The notes: generated from the sequence alone by a model not told the origin. 64,000 nucleotides of DNA from an uncultured Phascolarctobacterium sp. (GCA_964630355.1 CAZVSX010000006.1:8155-72154); one strand, 5' to 3'. Shown: positions 28,269-39,391, counted from the first letter of the stretch. A program made the numbers and translations.

Positions 28269-28288
28269 CTATGTCACCTTACTCTCTC

Positions 28289-29107
28289 TTAACCACGAAC
28301 AATTTTATCAATCGCCAACACATCTGTCAGCAACTTTTCCAAATTGTCCAGTTTTACCATATTCGGTCCATCACTAAGTGCCTCAGCAGGATTATCATGC
28401 ACCTCTAAAAACAGCGCATCTATGCCTACTGCTGCTGCTGCACGTGCCATATGCGGTACGTATTGACTTTGACCACCGCTGGAAGTACCTTGACCACCAG
28501 GAATCTGTACACTATGTGTAGCATCCATAACTACCGGATAACCAAGCTCACGCATAATTGCTAAACCACGCATATCAGTTACCAGTGTATTATAGCCAAA
28601 GCTTGCGCCTCTCTCTGTCAAAAGTAAATTATTATTACCTGCTTCCTCAACTTTTTTTACAACATTCTTCATATCCCATGGAGCAAGAAATTGTCCTTTT
28701 TTTACATTAACAGTTTTTCCTGTTTTAGCTGCTGCATAAACCAAGTCTGTCTGCCGGCACAGGAAAGCTGGTATCTGCAAAATATCTGCGACTTCAGCAG
28801 CTTTTTCTGCCTGCCAAGGTTCATGAATATCTGTAACAACCGGCACATCCAAATCTTTTTTTATCTGTGCCAAAAGTTTAAGTCCTTCATCTATTCCAGG
28901 TCCTCTAAAAGAATTATAGGAAGATCTATTAGCTTTATCAAATGATGCCTTGAATACATAAGGAATGCCCAGCTTTTCACAAATAGCTTTAGTACGCTGA
29001 CCAATCATTAAACTGCGTTCATAACCTTCTAAAACACAGGGTCCAGCCATAAGCATAAGAGGATATCCCTGTCCAACCTCATATTTTCCAACTTTTACAA
29101 TCTGCAT
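28289..29107 (-). CDS. kdsA: KDO-8-phosphate synthase
   Basis: [46 protein letters not shown]. Confidence 0.96.
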   Translation of the reverse strand: MQIVKVGKYEVGQGYPLMLMAGPCVLEGYERSLMIGQRTKAICEKLGIPYVFKASFDKANRSSYNSFRGPGIDEGLKLLAQIKKDLDVPVVTDIHEPWQAEKAAEVADILQIPAFLCRQTDLVYAAAKTGKTVNVKKGQFLAPWDMKNVVKKVEEAGNNNLLLTERGASFGYNTLVTDMRGLAIMRELGYPVVMDATHSVQIPGGQGTSSGGQSQYVPHMARAAAAVGIDALFLEVHDNPAEALSDGPNMVKLDNLEKLLTDVLAIDKIVRG

Positions 29108-29121
29108 AGCCTGCCTCCTGC

Positions 29122-29856
29122 TTATTTTTTCATTTTAGCAAATAATTCATTCACTGCTGCCAAATCTTCCGGAGTATCAACGCCTATACCTTGAAAATCA
29201 CTTTCCAAGACCTTAATCTTGTACCCGTTCTCTAAGGCTCTAAGCTGCTCCAAACTTTCGGCTCTTTCCAAAGGTGTAGGCTGTAATGCTGCATATTTCA
29301 GCAGAAAACTGCGGCGATAAGCATATATACCTACGTGCTTATAAACCGTATAATTTTCCGGCTTGTTACGAGGATAAGGCATTAAACTGCGGGAAAAATA
29401 CAATGCATATCCATTAAGATCTGTAACAACCTTCACCGCCGCCGGATTATCATAGTCTTCTTCATTCATAGCTACCTTCAAAGTTGCCATTTGCAGTTCT
29501 TCATCATTTTCAAAGCATATTGCCAAACGATCAATTACTTCTGGAGGAATCATAGGTTCATCCCCCTGAACATTGACAATAATATCAATATCAGGATAGT
29601 TTAATGCTACCTCAGCCAAACGATCAGTTCCACTTGGATGATCCGGAGAAGTCATTATTGCTTTTCCGCCAAAAGCTATAACTGCCTTTTCAACAAGCTC
29701 ATTATCAGTTGCTACAACTACCTCATTAGGCACTTTTGCCTGAGTTGCACGTTCATAAACATGCTGAATCATCGGTTTGCCTGCAATCAAGGAAAGTGGC
29801 TTGCCAGGCAGACGAGTAGAAGCATAACGCGCAGGAATAACACATAAAACTTTCAT
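29122..29856 (-). CDS. kdsB: CMP-KDO synthetase
   Basis: [39 protein letters not shown]. Confidence 0.96.
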   Translation of the reverse strand: MKVLCVIPARYASTRLPGKPLSLIAGKPMIQHVYERATQAKVPNEVVVATDNELVEKAVIAFGGKAIMTSPDHPSGTDRLAEVALNYPDIDIIVNVQGDEPMIPPEVIDRLAICFENDEELQMATLKVAMNEEDYDNPAAVKVVTDLNGYALYFSRSLMPYPRNKPENYTVYKHVGIYAYRRSFLLKYAALQPTPLERAESLEQLRALENGYKIKVLESDFQGIGVDTPEDLAAVNELFAKMKK

Positions 29857-32384
29857 CGTTTATCAAGCTCCTTTTTTATGGCATGGTCAATATATTCTCT
29901 GAACTTATCCATCCCCTCAGTGATACATATATCCATATTCAGAATATATAACGGTATTTCACGAGCAGAATAAATAAACTCTGTAGGAATCTTAACTGCA
30001 TCCTTAGCCGTAGTAATCATTGCTACAGCCTTAAGGCTGCTGGCACGCTCATTAATATACTGCATTTCCAACATTCCATAATCATGATGATCAGGGTAAC
30101 GAACAGCCTCCATAATATTTAAACCTATACTGGACAGTGTCTGTTCAAAAGAAGAAGGATTACCAATAGCTGAAAAGACCATAACATTTTTTCCCTTCAA
30201 TTCATCAAGATCCTTGATATTTTCAGAAATCCCTTTATACCAATCTGCAATTTCCACAAAATTTTTCGGATGATGAATACTCTCTACAACAGGTGCCCGA
30301 TTATTATATTTTGCAATAGTATGACGCAGCTGCATACGGCTGAGCTTACTGCTCTGATCTGTTTTAGTCAGCAAAAACAAATCGCCGCGTGCCAGATTCT
30401 GTAAAGGCTCTCTAAGCGTTCCGCGCGGCAGAACACTGCCATTGCCAAACATATTCAACGTATCCACAAGCACTACGTCCAAATCACGTTCCAACTGCCA
30501 ATGCTGATACCCATCATCCATAATAATGACTTCAGCATTCATTTTTTCTACAGCGTAACGTCCTGTCACCGCACGATTTTTACCAATAATAACAGGTATT
30601 CCAGGAAGGGTCTTCGCCATAAGATAAGCTTCGTCACCAGCTTCATAAGCAGTCATAAAAATTTTATTGCCGTCAGAAACAACTCCTAATTCTTTATCCC
30701 AATGAGAACGATAACCACGATTAAGAATAACAACACGATAACCCAAAGCTTTAATAATAGCTGCCATTTTTTGAGCCGTTGGTGTTTTTCCCGTACCGCC
30801 TACAGTAATATTACCAATAGAAATAACACAGCAGTCCAACTTTTCTTTTCGTAAAATGCCCGAATTATACAGAGAAAGCTTACAGCAAACACCAAATTCA
30901 TATAAATAAGACATTCCTCTCAGCAAAGCTAAAAGTAACCATCCCATAAACGGAGTATCAGGACCGTAAGCTACCTGCATAATATATTGAATTACAGCAT
31001 CTCCATGACGTAAGCGTGCTCCGCCTTCATCAGTCAAATTGCGTGTATTGATAGGATATTTTTTATATTCATGTGCTGGTACAGCAGTAAGTTCAAGCAG
31101 TTCTTTAAGATAACGAATACTGCGTACATCAGCTCCGCGATTTTCTTTTATCACCTGTAATGAAGCTGTACCCATCTGTACTCTGCGTTCATCGTTTTTA
31201 ATAATATCCAGCATTTCAGCTGTAAGTTCAGCAGTGCTGTTTACCATTTTGCACGCTTTAACCTTACTTAAAAGTGCATAAGAATCCTTAAAGTTCTGCA
31301 TACTGGGTCCAACAAGAATAGGTTTAGCATGAGCAGCAGGTTCGAGTACGTTATGTCCGCCTGTATTACTGAAAGAACCACCGACAAAAACTACATCACC
31401 TACGGCATAAATTCGCCCCAATTCCCCTATTGTGTCAATAATAAGCAGAGGATATTCCTTACGCAGTTCTTCCTGCTCCAGCATTTTAGAACGGAAACCA
31501 GTTTCGTACCCGTAATGACTTGCAAGTTTAGCAATTTCTTCAGCACGGGCAGTTTTACGAGGAGCAATCACCAGTCTTGCCCGAGGATATTCCCTGCGAA
31601 TGTTTTTAAAAGCTTCCAGCAATATTTTTTCTTCTCCGGGATGTGTAGAACCTGCAACAATTACCGGATAATCATTGCCCAAACCTAATTCCATACGATA
31701 TTTTGCTAAATCTTCAGGCGTAACCTCAGCATAAGTCTGATCAAACTTTGTATTACCAGTAACAAAAATTTTACTTCTGTCAGCACCAAGATGTGCAATA
31801 TAATCGGCATCAATACTAGACTGCATACAGAAACGTGTTACTGTATTAAGCATATCATCCCATATACCGTAAAGATATCTATAATTTTTCACAGACTTTT
31901 CCGAAATACGTCCATTTACCATCATTACAGGAATATGGCGTTCACGGCTTGCACGCAAAAAATTAGGCCAAAGTTCTGTTTCCACCGGCATAAAAACGCC
32001 TGGGTGAATACGTTTTACTAAAGATTCTGCTACAAACGGCAAATCTAAAGGAAAATAAATAATTGCATCCGCTTCTGGAATAATCTGTTTAGCCATATTA
32101 TAACCGCCTACAGTAAATGCAGATACCAATATCGGTCTTTCCGGCATTTCTTTACGTATCTGCTTCACCAAAGGACTGGTTGCTACAATTTCACCAACAG
32201 AAGCCCCATGAATCCAAATACAGTCCTTCCGCATAACCTTGGCAATTTCTTTTTCGTCTACACAACCTAAACTCTGTTTAAAACGCAGGCCAAAACCTTT
32301 TTCTGTAAACAGGCGATATGTATAGTAGGGAATAATAAAAATCACCAATACTATTAAAATAAGAATATTATACAAAATATACAT
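29853..32384 (-). CDS. waaA-lpxK: Fused Kdo transferase WaaA (KdtA) and lipid A 4'-kinase LpxK
   Basis: N-half: WIHGASVGE, ETELWPN, AGSTH.GEE, DTIGEL, GGHN.LEPA. C-half: GNITVGGTGKTP, RGY, GDE, DDGYQH, LPRG.LRE, YPDHH, T.KDAVK. One open frame of 843 aa. Confidence 0.92.
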   Translation of the reverse strand: MYILYNILILIVLVIFIIPYYTYRLFTEKGFGLRFKQSLGCVDEKEIAKVMRKDCIWIHGASVGEIVATSPLVKQIRKEMPERPILVSAFTVGGYNMAKQIIPEADAIIYFPLDLPFVAESLVKRIHPGVFMPVETELWPNFLRASRERHIPVMMVNGRISEKSVKNYRYLYGIWDDMLNTVTRFCMQSSIDADYIAHLGADRSKIFVTGNTKFDQTYAEVTPEDLAKYRMELGLGNDYPVIVAGSTHPGEEKILLEAFKNIRREYPRARLVIAPRKTARAEEIAKLASHYGYETGFRSKMLEQEELRKEYPLLIIDTIGELGRIYAVGDVVFVGGSFSNTGGHNVLEPAAHAKPILVGPSMQNFKDSYALLSKVKACKMVNSTAELTAEMLDIIKNDERRVQMGTASLQVIKENRGADVRSIRYLKELLELTAVPAHEYKKYPINTRNLTDEGGARLRHGDAVIQYIMQVAYGPDTPFMGWLLLALLRGMSYLYEFGVCCKLSLYNSGILRKEKLDCCVISIGNITVGGTGKTPTAQKMAAIIKALGYRVVILNRGYRSHWDKELGVVSDGNKIFMTAYEAGDEAYLMAKTLPGIPVIIGKNRAVTGRYAVEKMNAEVIIMDDGYQHWQLERDLDVVLVDTLNMFGNGSVLPRGTLREPLQNLARGDLFLLTKTDQSSKLSRMQLRHTIAKYNNRAPVVESIHHPKNFVEIADWYKGISENIKDLDELKGKNVMVFSAIGNPSSFEQTLSSIGLNIMEAVRYPDHHDYGMLEMQYINERASSLKAVAMITTAKDAVKIPTEFIYSAREIPLYILNMDICITEGMDKFREYIDHAIKKELDKR

Positions 32385-32403
32385 GCATTAACCTCTTTTC
32401 GCC

Positions 32404-34137
32404 TTATTTGGCTTCTTTTCCACGATACTGAATTTTATACAGATGTGCATATAACCCATCAGCAGCCATCAATTCATCATGATTTCCCTGCTCTACTAAT
32501 CTGCCTTTTTCCAACACCATAATTTTATCAGCATTTTTAATCGTGGAAAGTCTATGAGCAATAACAAAGGAGGTACGCCCTACCATCAAACGATTAAGAG
32601 CCTCCTGTACAACACGTTCACTTTCAGTATCCAAAGCAGATGTTGCTTCATCCAAAATAAGAATTTGAGGATTTTTAAGTATTGCCCGGGAAATAGAAAT
32701 ACGCTGGCGCTGTCCACCGGAAATATTTACGCCTCTGTCACCAAGCATAGTATTATAGCCATCTGGTAATCCCATAATAAAATCATGCGCATTAGCAGCT
32801 TTTGCTGCTGCTTCTACTTCTTCAGGAGTAGCATCCAAACGTCCATAAAGAATATTATCATAAACTGTACCATTAAAAAGTACTGTTTCCTGCGGCACAA
32901 TGCCAACCTGCTCACGCAAAGAATTCAAGGTAACATTTCTAATATCATGTCCGTCAATAGTAATACTGCCGTCAGTAACATCATAAAAACGTGGCAGTAA
33001 GCTAGCAACAGTAGATTTACCAGCACCGGAAGGTCCAACAAATGCAATTACTTCTCCAGGTTTTACATCAAAAGAAATATTATTTAAAACTTCTTCACCA
33101 GAATTATACGCAAAAGAAACATTTTTAAACTGCACATCACCTTTCACCGACGGTAAAACTTTAGCATCAGGAGCATCCTTAATTCTCTCGGGCAAATCTA
33201 ATACACCAAAAACACGCTGTGCAGCAGCCAAAGCTTTCTGAATGTTGCCTATTACACGGCTTAAACGTTTAATAGGATTAGAAATATTAACAGCATATGT
33301 CAAAAACGCAACCAAAGAACCAGCAGTAATAGTTCCGTCTATAACACTATTGCCGCCATACCATAAAATAACAGATACACCTACAGCTGCCACAAACTCT
33401 ATAGTCGGGGTCAGAGTAGAAGAAAGCTGTGCATATTTCATATTAGCACGAAAATTATTTATATTCTCCTTGTTAAAACGTTCAATTTCATAACCCTCAC
33501 GCACAAAAGATTTAATTACTCGCGGTGAAGAAGCAACTTCCTGCAATACAGACGTAATATCTGCCGTAGCTTCCTGAATACGACTGCCTGATTTACGAAT
33601 CCGCTTGCCAAAAGTGTCAATAAACCATAATACTATAGGAAATGTAGAAAAAGTTACTAAAAATAATTTCCAGTCCAAATAAAGCATCATGACAATGGAT
33701 GCTATAAGAATAACACTTTCAGTAATCATCTCTACTACATTATCAACCATCGCTGACTGTAAAGCACCTACGTCATTGGTAACATAACTCATGATTGTAC
33801 CAGTTTTATGTTTGTCATAAAAACTAAGGCTGAGTCGCTGCAATTTTTCAAATACAGCTCTGCGAATATCTATAATTACTCGCTGTCCTACATAATTCAT
33901 CAAATAACTTTGTCCATAATAAGCAATACCGCGAATAACAAATACAACTATAATACTGATAACTATGTAGTTAAGCATTACAGTATCTTTTTCACTTAAA
34001 ACCTGGTCTACCATATCTTTGATAACAAACGGCAGATAAGCAGTACCGCCAGCAGCAATAACTGTACAGATACCAGCAAGGATACCCCGCTTTATATAAG
34101 GTTTTACATATTTTAATGCACGAAGATATAAATTCAT
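32404..34137 (-). CDS. msbA: Lipid A flippase MsbA (ABC exporter)
   Basis: Six-TM domain plus NBD (GPSGAGKS, SGGQRQR, LDEATSALD); lies between lpxB and lpxK. Confidence 0.88.
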   Translation of the reverse strand: MNLYLRALKYVKPYIKRGILAGICTVIAAGGTAYLPFVIKDMVDQVLSEKDTVMLNYIVISIIVVFVIRGIAYYGQSYLMNYVGQRVIIDIRRAVFEKLQRLSLSFYDKHKTGTIMSYVTNDVGALQSAMVDNVVEMITESVILIASIVMMLYLDWKLFLVTFSTFPIVLWFIDTFGKRIRKSGSRIQEATADITSVLQEVASSPRVIKSFVREGYEIERFNKENINNFRANMKYAQLSSTLTPTIEFVAAVGVSVILWYGGNSVIDGTITAGSLVAFLTYAVNISNPIKRLSRVIGNIQKALAAAQRVFGVLDLPERIKDAPDAKVLPSVKGDVQFKNVSFAYNSGEEVLNNISFDVKPGEVIAFVGPSGAGKSTVASLLPRFYDVTDGSITIDGHDIRNVTLNSLREQVGIVPQETVLFNGTVYDNILYGRLDATPEEVEAAAKAANAHDFIMGLPDGYNTMLGDRGVNISGGQRQRISISRAILKNPQILILDEATSALDTESERVVQEALNRLMVGRTSFVIAHRLSTIKNADKIMVLEKGRLVEQGNHDELMAADGLYAHLYKIQYRGKEAK

Positions 34138-35270
34138 CTTTTCTCCTCAGCTATCTTTAGAATTAATTCTGCTACACGTTTCACAGCTCCTGGTTCACCT
34201 AATCTCTGCTTCATATAAAGCAAATCTTCTTTAAGCTGTGCCTGCCGCTCTGGTTGAAGCAGTGCAACTACTGCTGCAGCTAATTTTTCAGGGGTGAAAT
34301 CTTCTTGCAGCAGTTCCGGCATAATAGTTCTGCCTGCAACAATATTCGGCAGACCTATATTAGGAATATTTATAACAAGACGGGCAATAAAAGCATTCAA
34401 TGCTGATGTTTTATATACTATAACACTGCCAAGTCCACACAAAGCTGCTTCCAACGTAACAGTACCACTGGTAGCTAATGCCAAATCAGCTATACTGAAC
34501 AAATCATAATTGTTGCCCTCAGTAATTTTTACATCCAACCCTGAAACAGCAATTTTTTCTTCTAACATTGAAAGTGGAATTGTACCTGCACGGGGCATAA
34601 CAAACTGTACATCGGGGAACTTCTTCTTTAACTCCTTAGCTCCCAAAAGCAAAGTAGGCAGCATTTTTTCTATTTCCATAAGCCTACTACCCGGCATCAA
34701 TAAAATAAGCTTTTTATCAGGCTGTTTGCCTATCCATGCTTCTGCTTCACTGCGGGTCATAGACGGATGAACAATATCCAGCAAAGGGTGTCCGACAAAT
34801 TCTACCGGTGCTCCAGCTTCTTTATAAACATCGTATTCAAACGGGAAAATACAGGCAACCTTATTTACAAGCTTTGCCACGTTCTTCGCACGTCCTTTAT
34901 TCCACGCCCAAGCAGAGGGAGCAATATAAGACACAACAGGTATCCCTTTATCATGTGCCAGTTTCGCCAATTTCATATTAAATCCCGGATAATCAACAAT
35001 CACCAGACAATCAGGTCTGCGTTCATCCATAATACGTGCAAAATCAGCACGCAGCCGAAATAAATCCGGCAATTTGCGAATAACTTCAACAAATCCCATT
35101 ACTCCATGATCTTTGATATCCCACAGCACTTCTCCTCCAGCTGCACGCAGAGAGTCCCCACCCATACCAAAAACCTCAGTATCGCTATCTATTTTTTTTA
35201 TAGCAGCAGTAACAGCAGCTGCATGGATATCCCCAGATGCTTCTCCGGCAGATATTAAAATTCTTGCCAT
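34134..35270 (-). CDS. lpxB: Lipid A disaccharide synthase
   Basis: AGEASGD, D.PGFN, P..WAW, FPFE, FVGHP, PGSR, SGTVTLE. Confidence 0.95.
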   Translation of the reverse strand: MARILISAGEASGDIHAAAVTAAIKKIDSDTEVFGMGGDSLRAAGGEVLWDIKDHGVMGFVEVIRKLPDLFRLRADFARIMDERRPDCLVIVDYPGFNMKLAKLAHDKGIPVVSYIAPSAWAWNKGRAKNVAKLVNKVACIFPFEYDVYKEAGAPVEFVGHPLLDIVHPSMTRSEAEAWIGKQPDKKLILLMPGSRLMEIEKMLPTLLLGAKELKKKFPDVQFVMPRAGTIPLSMLEEKIAVSGLDVKITEGNNYDLFSIADLALATSGTVTLEAALCGLGSVIVYKTSALNAFIARLVINIPNIGLPNIVAGRTIMPELLQEDFTPEKLAAAVVALLQPERQAQLKEDLLYMKQRLGEPGAVKRVAELILKIAEEKR

Positions 35271-35318
35271 AATATCTCCTTAAATTTACCTACATATATT
35301 CAGTTTATATTATAACAC

Positions 35319-35349
35319 AAAAAGCGGCTGACATAAGCTGTCAACCGCT
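35319..35349 (-). terminator. Intrinsic terminator after lpxI
   Basis: Minus strand AGCGGTTGACA / TGTCAGCCGCT plus U-tract. Confidence 0.75.
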
Positions 35350-35374
35350 AATAAATACGAAATTTTTACGATAT

Positions 35375-36181
35375 TTATTTAACAAGAATGGTTATATCAT
35401 GTTCATCTGCCAAAGCAATAGTTTTTTCACGCTCCGTAATAAGAGTGTTTCCCGCTTCGATAACAATTCCAGTAGCACCTGCATAAATCATAGATTCAAG
35501 AGTTTTTGTCCCAAATCCCGGTATATCAAACCGTTGATCCTGTGCCGGTTTAGCAGCCTTTGCTACAATAACGCCACCCTTCCCTAAATAACCGCCTCGC
35601 AAAATGCAGGCATCTGTACCTTCAATAGCTTCTACAGCCATCACTGCACGATTTTTAACAACAACCGTCTGTCCTATGTCCAACCCACCAATAGCTTTAG
35701 CCATTTCAAAACCAAATTCCATATCCGCTAATTCTGCTTCAGTAGGTTTACGCTTAGTCAAAACGCCAGGTTTGGGCAAAAGCGGCTTTATGAACAATGT
35801 TTGATCCATTACCTCTATGCCTTCGCTTTCCAGCTCTTTAACAATAGCATTCATTATAGTATCATCTTTACGATCTGGAACTGTTGCTAAAATTTTAACT
35901 GCACGCAAATCCGGAACAATAGCACCAGCCTTATATAATACTTCTTTTGTCACCTTACCAATCATGGTAACTTTAGTAACCTTATTTTTTTTCAGAACAG
36001 ATATAATCTTACCTATTTTTCCGATATTGATATCATAATAAACATCTGCACTTACTGGTAATTCCTCGTCAATACCGGGAACAACTCCTACAGCAACTAC
36101 CTGATATCCCTGTGCTTTAGCAGAACGTGCTACATCTACCGGTAAATGTCCTACACCTGAAAGTACACCCAATATTTCCAT
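35375..36181 (-). CDS. lpxI: UDP-2,3-diacylglucosamine pyrophosphatase LpxI
   Basis: G...G.G.LP, DD, LDIGQTVVV, AVEAIEGTD.CI.R, K.AKP.QD.RFD.P; lies between lpxA and lpxB. Confidence 0.92.
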   Translation of the reverse strand: MEILGVLSGVGHLPVDVARSAKAQGYQVVAVGVVPGIDEELPVSADVYYDINIGKIGKIISVLKKNKVTKVTMIGKVTKEVLYKAGAIVPDLRAVKILATVPDRKDDTIMNAIVKELESEGIEVMDQTLFIKPLLPKPGVLTKRKPTEAELADMEFGFEMAKAIGGLDIGQTVVVKNRAVMAVEAIEGTDACILRGGYLGKGGVIVAKAAKPAQDQRFDIPGFGTKTLESMIYAGATGIVIEAGNTLITEREKTIALADEHDITILVK

Positions 36182-36185
36182 AACA

Positions 36186-36992
36186 TCAGCCTCTGCGAGT
36201 ACGAATAATACCGCGCTCTACATTACGCAGGAAACGCAGTAAATGCTCTATAGGCTCGCAACTGTTCAGCTCCTGTTCCATTGTACTGATAGCCTCCTGC
36301 AAAGGCAAACCACTGCGATAAAGTATACGAAAGGCTTTTTTCAGCTCACTACGTTCTTCAACCGGCATACCTGCACGTGACAAGCCAACGCTGTTTAAAC
36401 CAGATACGAAAGCTGGATCACCAGCACAAATCATAAACGGAGGAATATCCTGATTTACACGTGCCATACCACCAATCATAACATTGCGTCCAATTTTACA
36501 GAACTGATGAATAGCAGACAAACCGCCAATAACCGCTCTATCTTCAACAATGACATGACCAGCCAAGGTTGCTACGTTAGACATAATAACATTATTGCCC
36601 ACAATACAGTTATGAGCAACATGCGTATAAGCCATCATTAAAATATTATTTCCTATACGTGTTTCATTACCTTCCCCTACAGCTCTGTTTACTGTACAAC
36701 ATTCACGGAAGGTTCCGCCATCACCAATAACAGTAGTTGTTTTTTCTCCTACAAACTTTAAATCCTGAGGAGCTGCACCAATAGAACAACCAGGAAAAAA
36801 CTTACAGTTTTTTCCAACTTTAGTATATGGATGAATAGTTACATGAGCACCAACAACACAGCCATCACCAACTTCTGTGTTTTCATCAATCACAGCATAA
36901 GGTCCAACAGTAACATCCCTGCCTATTACAGCATTTGGATGAATAACCGCTGTTGGATGAATGCCGCTGGACGGCATTATAATTGAAGACAT
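36186..36992 (-). CDS. lpxA: UDP-GlcNAc acyltransferase
   Basis: IHPTA, hexapeptide repeats, PQDLKF.GE, HVAHNC, LAGHV, HQF, GLN.VGL; ATG at 36992 after GGGGAG. Confidence 0.95.
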   Translation of the reverse strand: MSSIIMPSSGIHPTAVIHPNAVIGRDVTVGPYAVIDENTEVGDGCVVGAHVTIHPYTKVGKNCKFFPGCSIGAAPQDLKFVGEKTTTVIGDGGTFRECCTVNRAVGEGNETRIGNNILMMAYTHVAHNCIVGNNVIMSNVATLAGHVIVEDRAVIGGLSAIHQFCKIGRNVMIGGMARVNQDIPPFMICAGDPAFVSGLNSVGLSRAGMPVEERSELKKAFRILYRSGLPLQEAISTMEQELNSCEPIEHLLRFLRNVERGIIRTRRG

Positions 36993-37171
36993 TATTTTCA
37001 CTCCCCAAGTTAAGATATTAATCAAGCAATTAAATACAAATATAATATTATAATCAACATGACAAGCATATTTTTGTCCTGCTGAAAATCATCTTTAAAT
37101 GAATTTAAGCTGAAATTAAACTGTTTTTCTCTGTTTTACTGCTATTTACAGCTTTTTATGCTTTTCGCTGA

Positions 37172-37618
37172 TTAATTCTCTTTAGGCTCCATAATAGCAA
37201 ATGTGCAATCACATTCGCAGGCAATCTTACCATCAACTCTGCCTTCACAATGAATAATCCCCATATTTGCACGCATAATCTTTGTAACTTCAGCAGTAGT
37301 CACTACCTGATCTCCTGGAACAACCTGTTTACGAAAACGCACATTGTCAATTTTAGCAAAAACGGCAATCTTTCCGCGGTTCTCTTCCGGATACAGCATG
37401 GCAACACCGCCAACCTGAGCCATAGCCTCTATCAGCAGAACACCAGGCATAATAGGGTCATTAGGAAAATGCCCCAAAAACTGCATTTCATTAGCAGTTA
37501 TATTTTTAATACCAACCGCACGTTTCATAGGCTCAATTTCCAAAATACGGTCTACCAGCAACATAGGATAACGATGCGGCAGAATTTTTTTAATTTCATT
37601 GATATCTAGAACTGTCAT
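37172..37618 (-). CDS. fabZ: 3-hydroxyacyl-ACP dehydratase
   Basis: LPHRYPMLLVDR, GHFP..PIMPGVL..EAMAQ, V.PGD. Confidence 0.96.
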   Translation of the reverse strand: MTVLDINEIKKILPHRYPMLLVDRILEIEPMKRAVGIKNITANEMQFLGHFPNDPIMPGVLLIEAMAQVGGVAMLYPEENRGKIAVFAKIDNVRFRKQVVPGDQVVTTAEVTKIMRANMGIIHCEGRVDGKIACECDCTFAIMEPKEN

Positions 37619-37621
37619 AAT

Positions 37622-38470
37622 TTACTCCTCCCTTGTTCTATAGGCTTGAATTTTCTTTGCCAACTGAGAATTAAAGGCATGTCCTGTTTTTACAGCTATT
37701 ATATGTGCCTTAATAGGGCCTAATAAATAAAAATCACCAATCGCATCAAGAATTTTATGCCTGATAAGTTCATTGTCAAAACGCGGTACAGAAAGAATTT
37801 TTTCCTCATCAAAAACCACTACATTTTCCAAAGAACCGCCAAGTCCAAGTCCTAACTTCCGCAGCATTTCCAATTCAGAAGTAAAAGCTACAGTTCTGGC
37901 AGACATTATTTCCTTTTTAAAGCTTTCTTTGTCCAGACGAATATCAAAATACTGAGTTCCCAGCATTGGATGACTATTGATTGAGGTAAACGAAATTCTG
38001 TATCCATCATATGGCAGAATAACTATATATCTATCTCCATCATATACAGAAAAAGCTTTATCTACAACATAAACTTTACGTTCTGCTTCTTGTGCAACAG
38101 GTTCAGCCTGCTCAAGAAGTTCACAAAAAACCTTCGCACTGCCGTCAGTCACAGGCGGCTCTGGTGAAGACATTTCTATACGAATATTATCAATAGCCAT
38201 CATGGAAAGTGCCCCCATGAGATGTTCTACTGTAAATACCTCTGCACCATTTTCACTCAGGGTAGTTGCTTTAACAGTAGAACTTACATTTTCTGCCAAA
38301 GCTCTGATTTCCGGTTTTCCAGGTAAATCTGTGCGGACAAAAACAATACCGGTATTCACACCTGCAGGTTTCAAGGTCATTAAAACATCCTTGCCGGAAT
38401 GCAGTCCAATACCGGAATAGGAAATTTCCTTAGCAATAGTATGCTGGAAATTTTTTATTTGCTCGGTCAT
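37622..38470 (-). CDS. lpxC: UDP-3-O-acyl-GlcNAc deacetylase
   Basis: GIGLHSG, TVEHL, DGSA, ART, GGSLEN, RHKILD.IGD, GH. Confidence 0.95.
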   Translation of the reverse strand: MTEQIKNFQHTIAKEISYSGIGLHSGKDVLMTLKPAGVNTGIVFVRTDLPGKPEIRALAENVSSTVKATTLSENGAEVFTVEHLMGALSMMAIDNIRIEMSSPEPPVTDGSAKVFCELLEQAEPVAQEAERKVYVVDKAFSVYDGDRYIVILPYDGYRISFTSINSHPMLGTQYFDIRLDKESFKKEIMSARTVAFTSELEMLRKLGLGLGGSLENVVVFDEEKILSVPRFDNELIRHKILDAIGDFYLLGPIKAHIIAVKTGHAFNSQLAKKIQAYRTREE

Positions 38471-38482
38471 TTTGCTACTCCT

Positions 38483-39379
38483 TTATTTTCTATTTTTCTT
38501 GCCAAAGCGTTCTCTTCCGTCTTTCCAACGATCATGAACCCAGAACCACATTTCCGGATGTGAAATAATTTCATGTTCTAAAATAGTTACAAGATCTCTG
38601 GTTACTACATAAAAATCCTGTTCTTTATTTTTCGTCCTAGGTGTATAAAGCGGCGGATAGATTTTTGCTGTACAAGTGCCATCGTCATTGTTATGCAAAA
38701 AAATCGGCAGAATCGGCGAACCATAAATTCTCGATAACGCAGCCGGTCCCAATGGAATAACTGAATCCTTACCGAAAAAATCTATCTTCACTCCATCATC
38801 ATTAGTATCCTGATCAAACAATACTCCCAAAAGATTTTTTTCTCTAAGCATACGGCTGATTGCCAACAAACCATGTTCACCACGATTATAGGTAACACGC
38901 TGCCCTACCATTTGTCGAAACTCATTAATGAGTTTATCCATATGACTGTTATTTTGCTTACGGGTAATCGAGAGCATTGGATAACCATGCAAAGCTACCG
39001 TAGCACCTAAAAGCTCCCAATTGCCATAATGCCCCGTAGCCATAATAACGCCTTTTCCCTGAGCATAAGCTTGCTCAAGATATTCAAGACCTTCTACTTT
39101 TACTTTTTTATCTATATTAGCATTATTCAGCAACGGAAAACGCATAACCTCAACAACCATACGTCCAAAGCGATGCAGACTGTCAGCAGCAATCTGCTGT
39201 GCTCGTTCATTACTTACGCCCAAGCATTCACGAATATTAGCTTCTGCCATCTGCATTCGCCAACGCGGCACTACCATCACAGCTATACTGCCCAAAAAAT
39301 GAGCAGTAAGTTTACGCAGCCATAATGGAGCAATACACATAAATTTGCTGAAAAGCTTAACAATATAGTAGCCTAACAA
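38483..39379 (-). CDS. Second lipid A late acyltransferase (LpxL/HtrB family)
   Basis: GHYGNWE, DQD, FFG, PEMWFW.H.RWK; TTG start. Confidence 0.88.
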   Translation of the reverse strand: MLGYYIVKLFSKFMCIAPLWLRKLTAHFLGSIAVMVVPRWRMQMAEANIRECLGVSNERAQQIAADSLHRFGRMVVEVMRFPLLNNANIDKKVKVEGLEYLEQAYAQGKGVIMATGHYGNWELLGATVALHGYPMLSITRKQNNSHMDKLINEFRQMVGQRVTYNRGEHGLLAISRMLREKNLLGVLFDQDTNDDGVKIDFFGKDSVIPLGPAALSRIYGSPILPIFLHNNDDGTCTAKIYPPLYTPRTKNKEQDFYVVTRDLVTILEHEIISHPEMWFWVHDRWKDGRERFGKKNRK

Positions 39380-39391
39380 ATAGACACCACC

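Noticed and set aside
37060-37085. GCAGGA upstream of lpxA as a second sigmaH promoter
   Set aside because: No GAAT-like -10 at the required spacing
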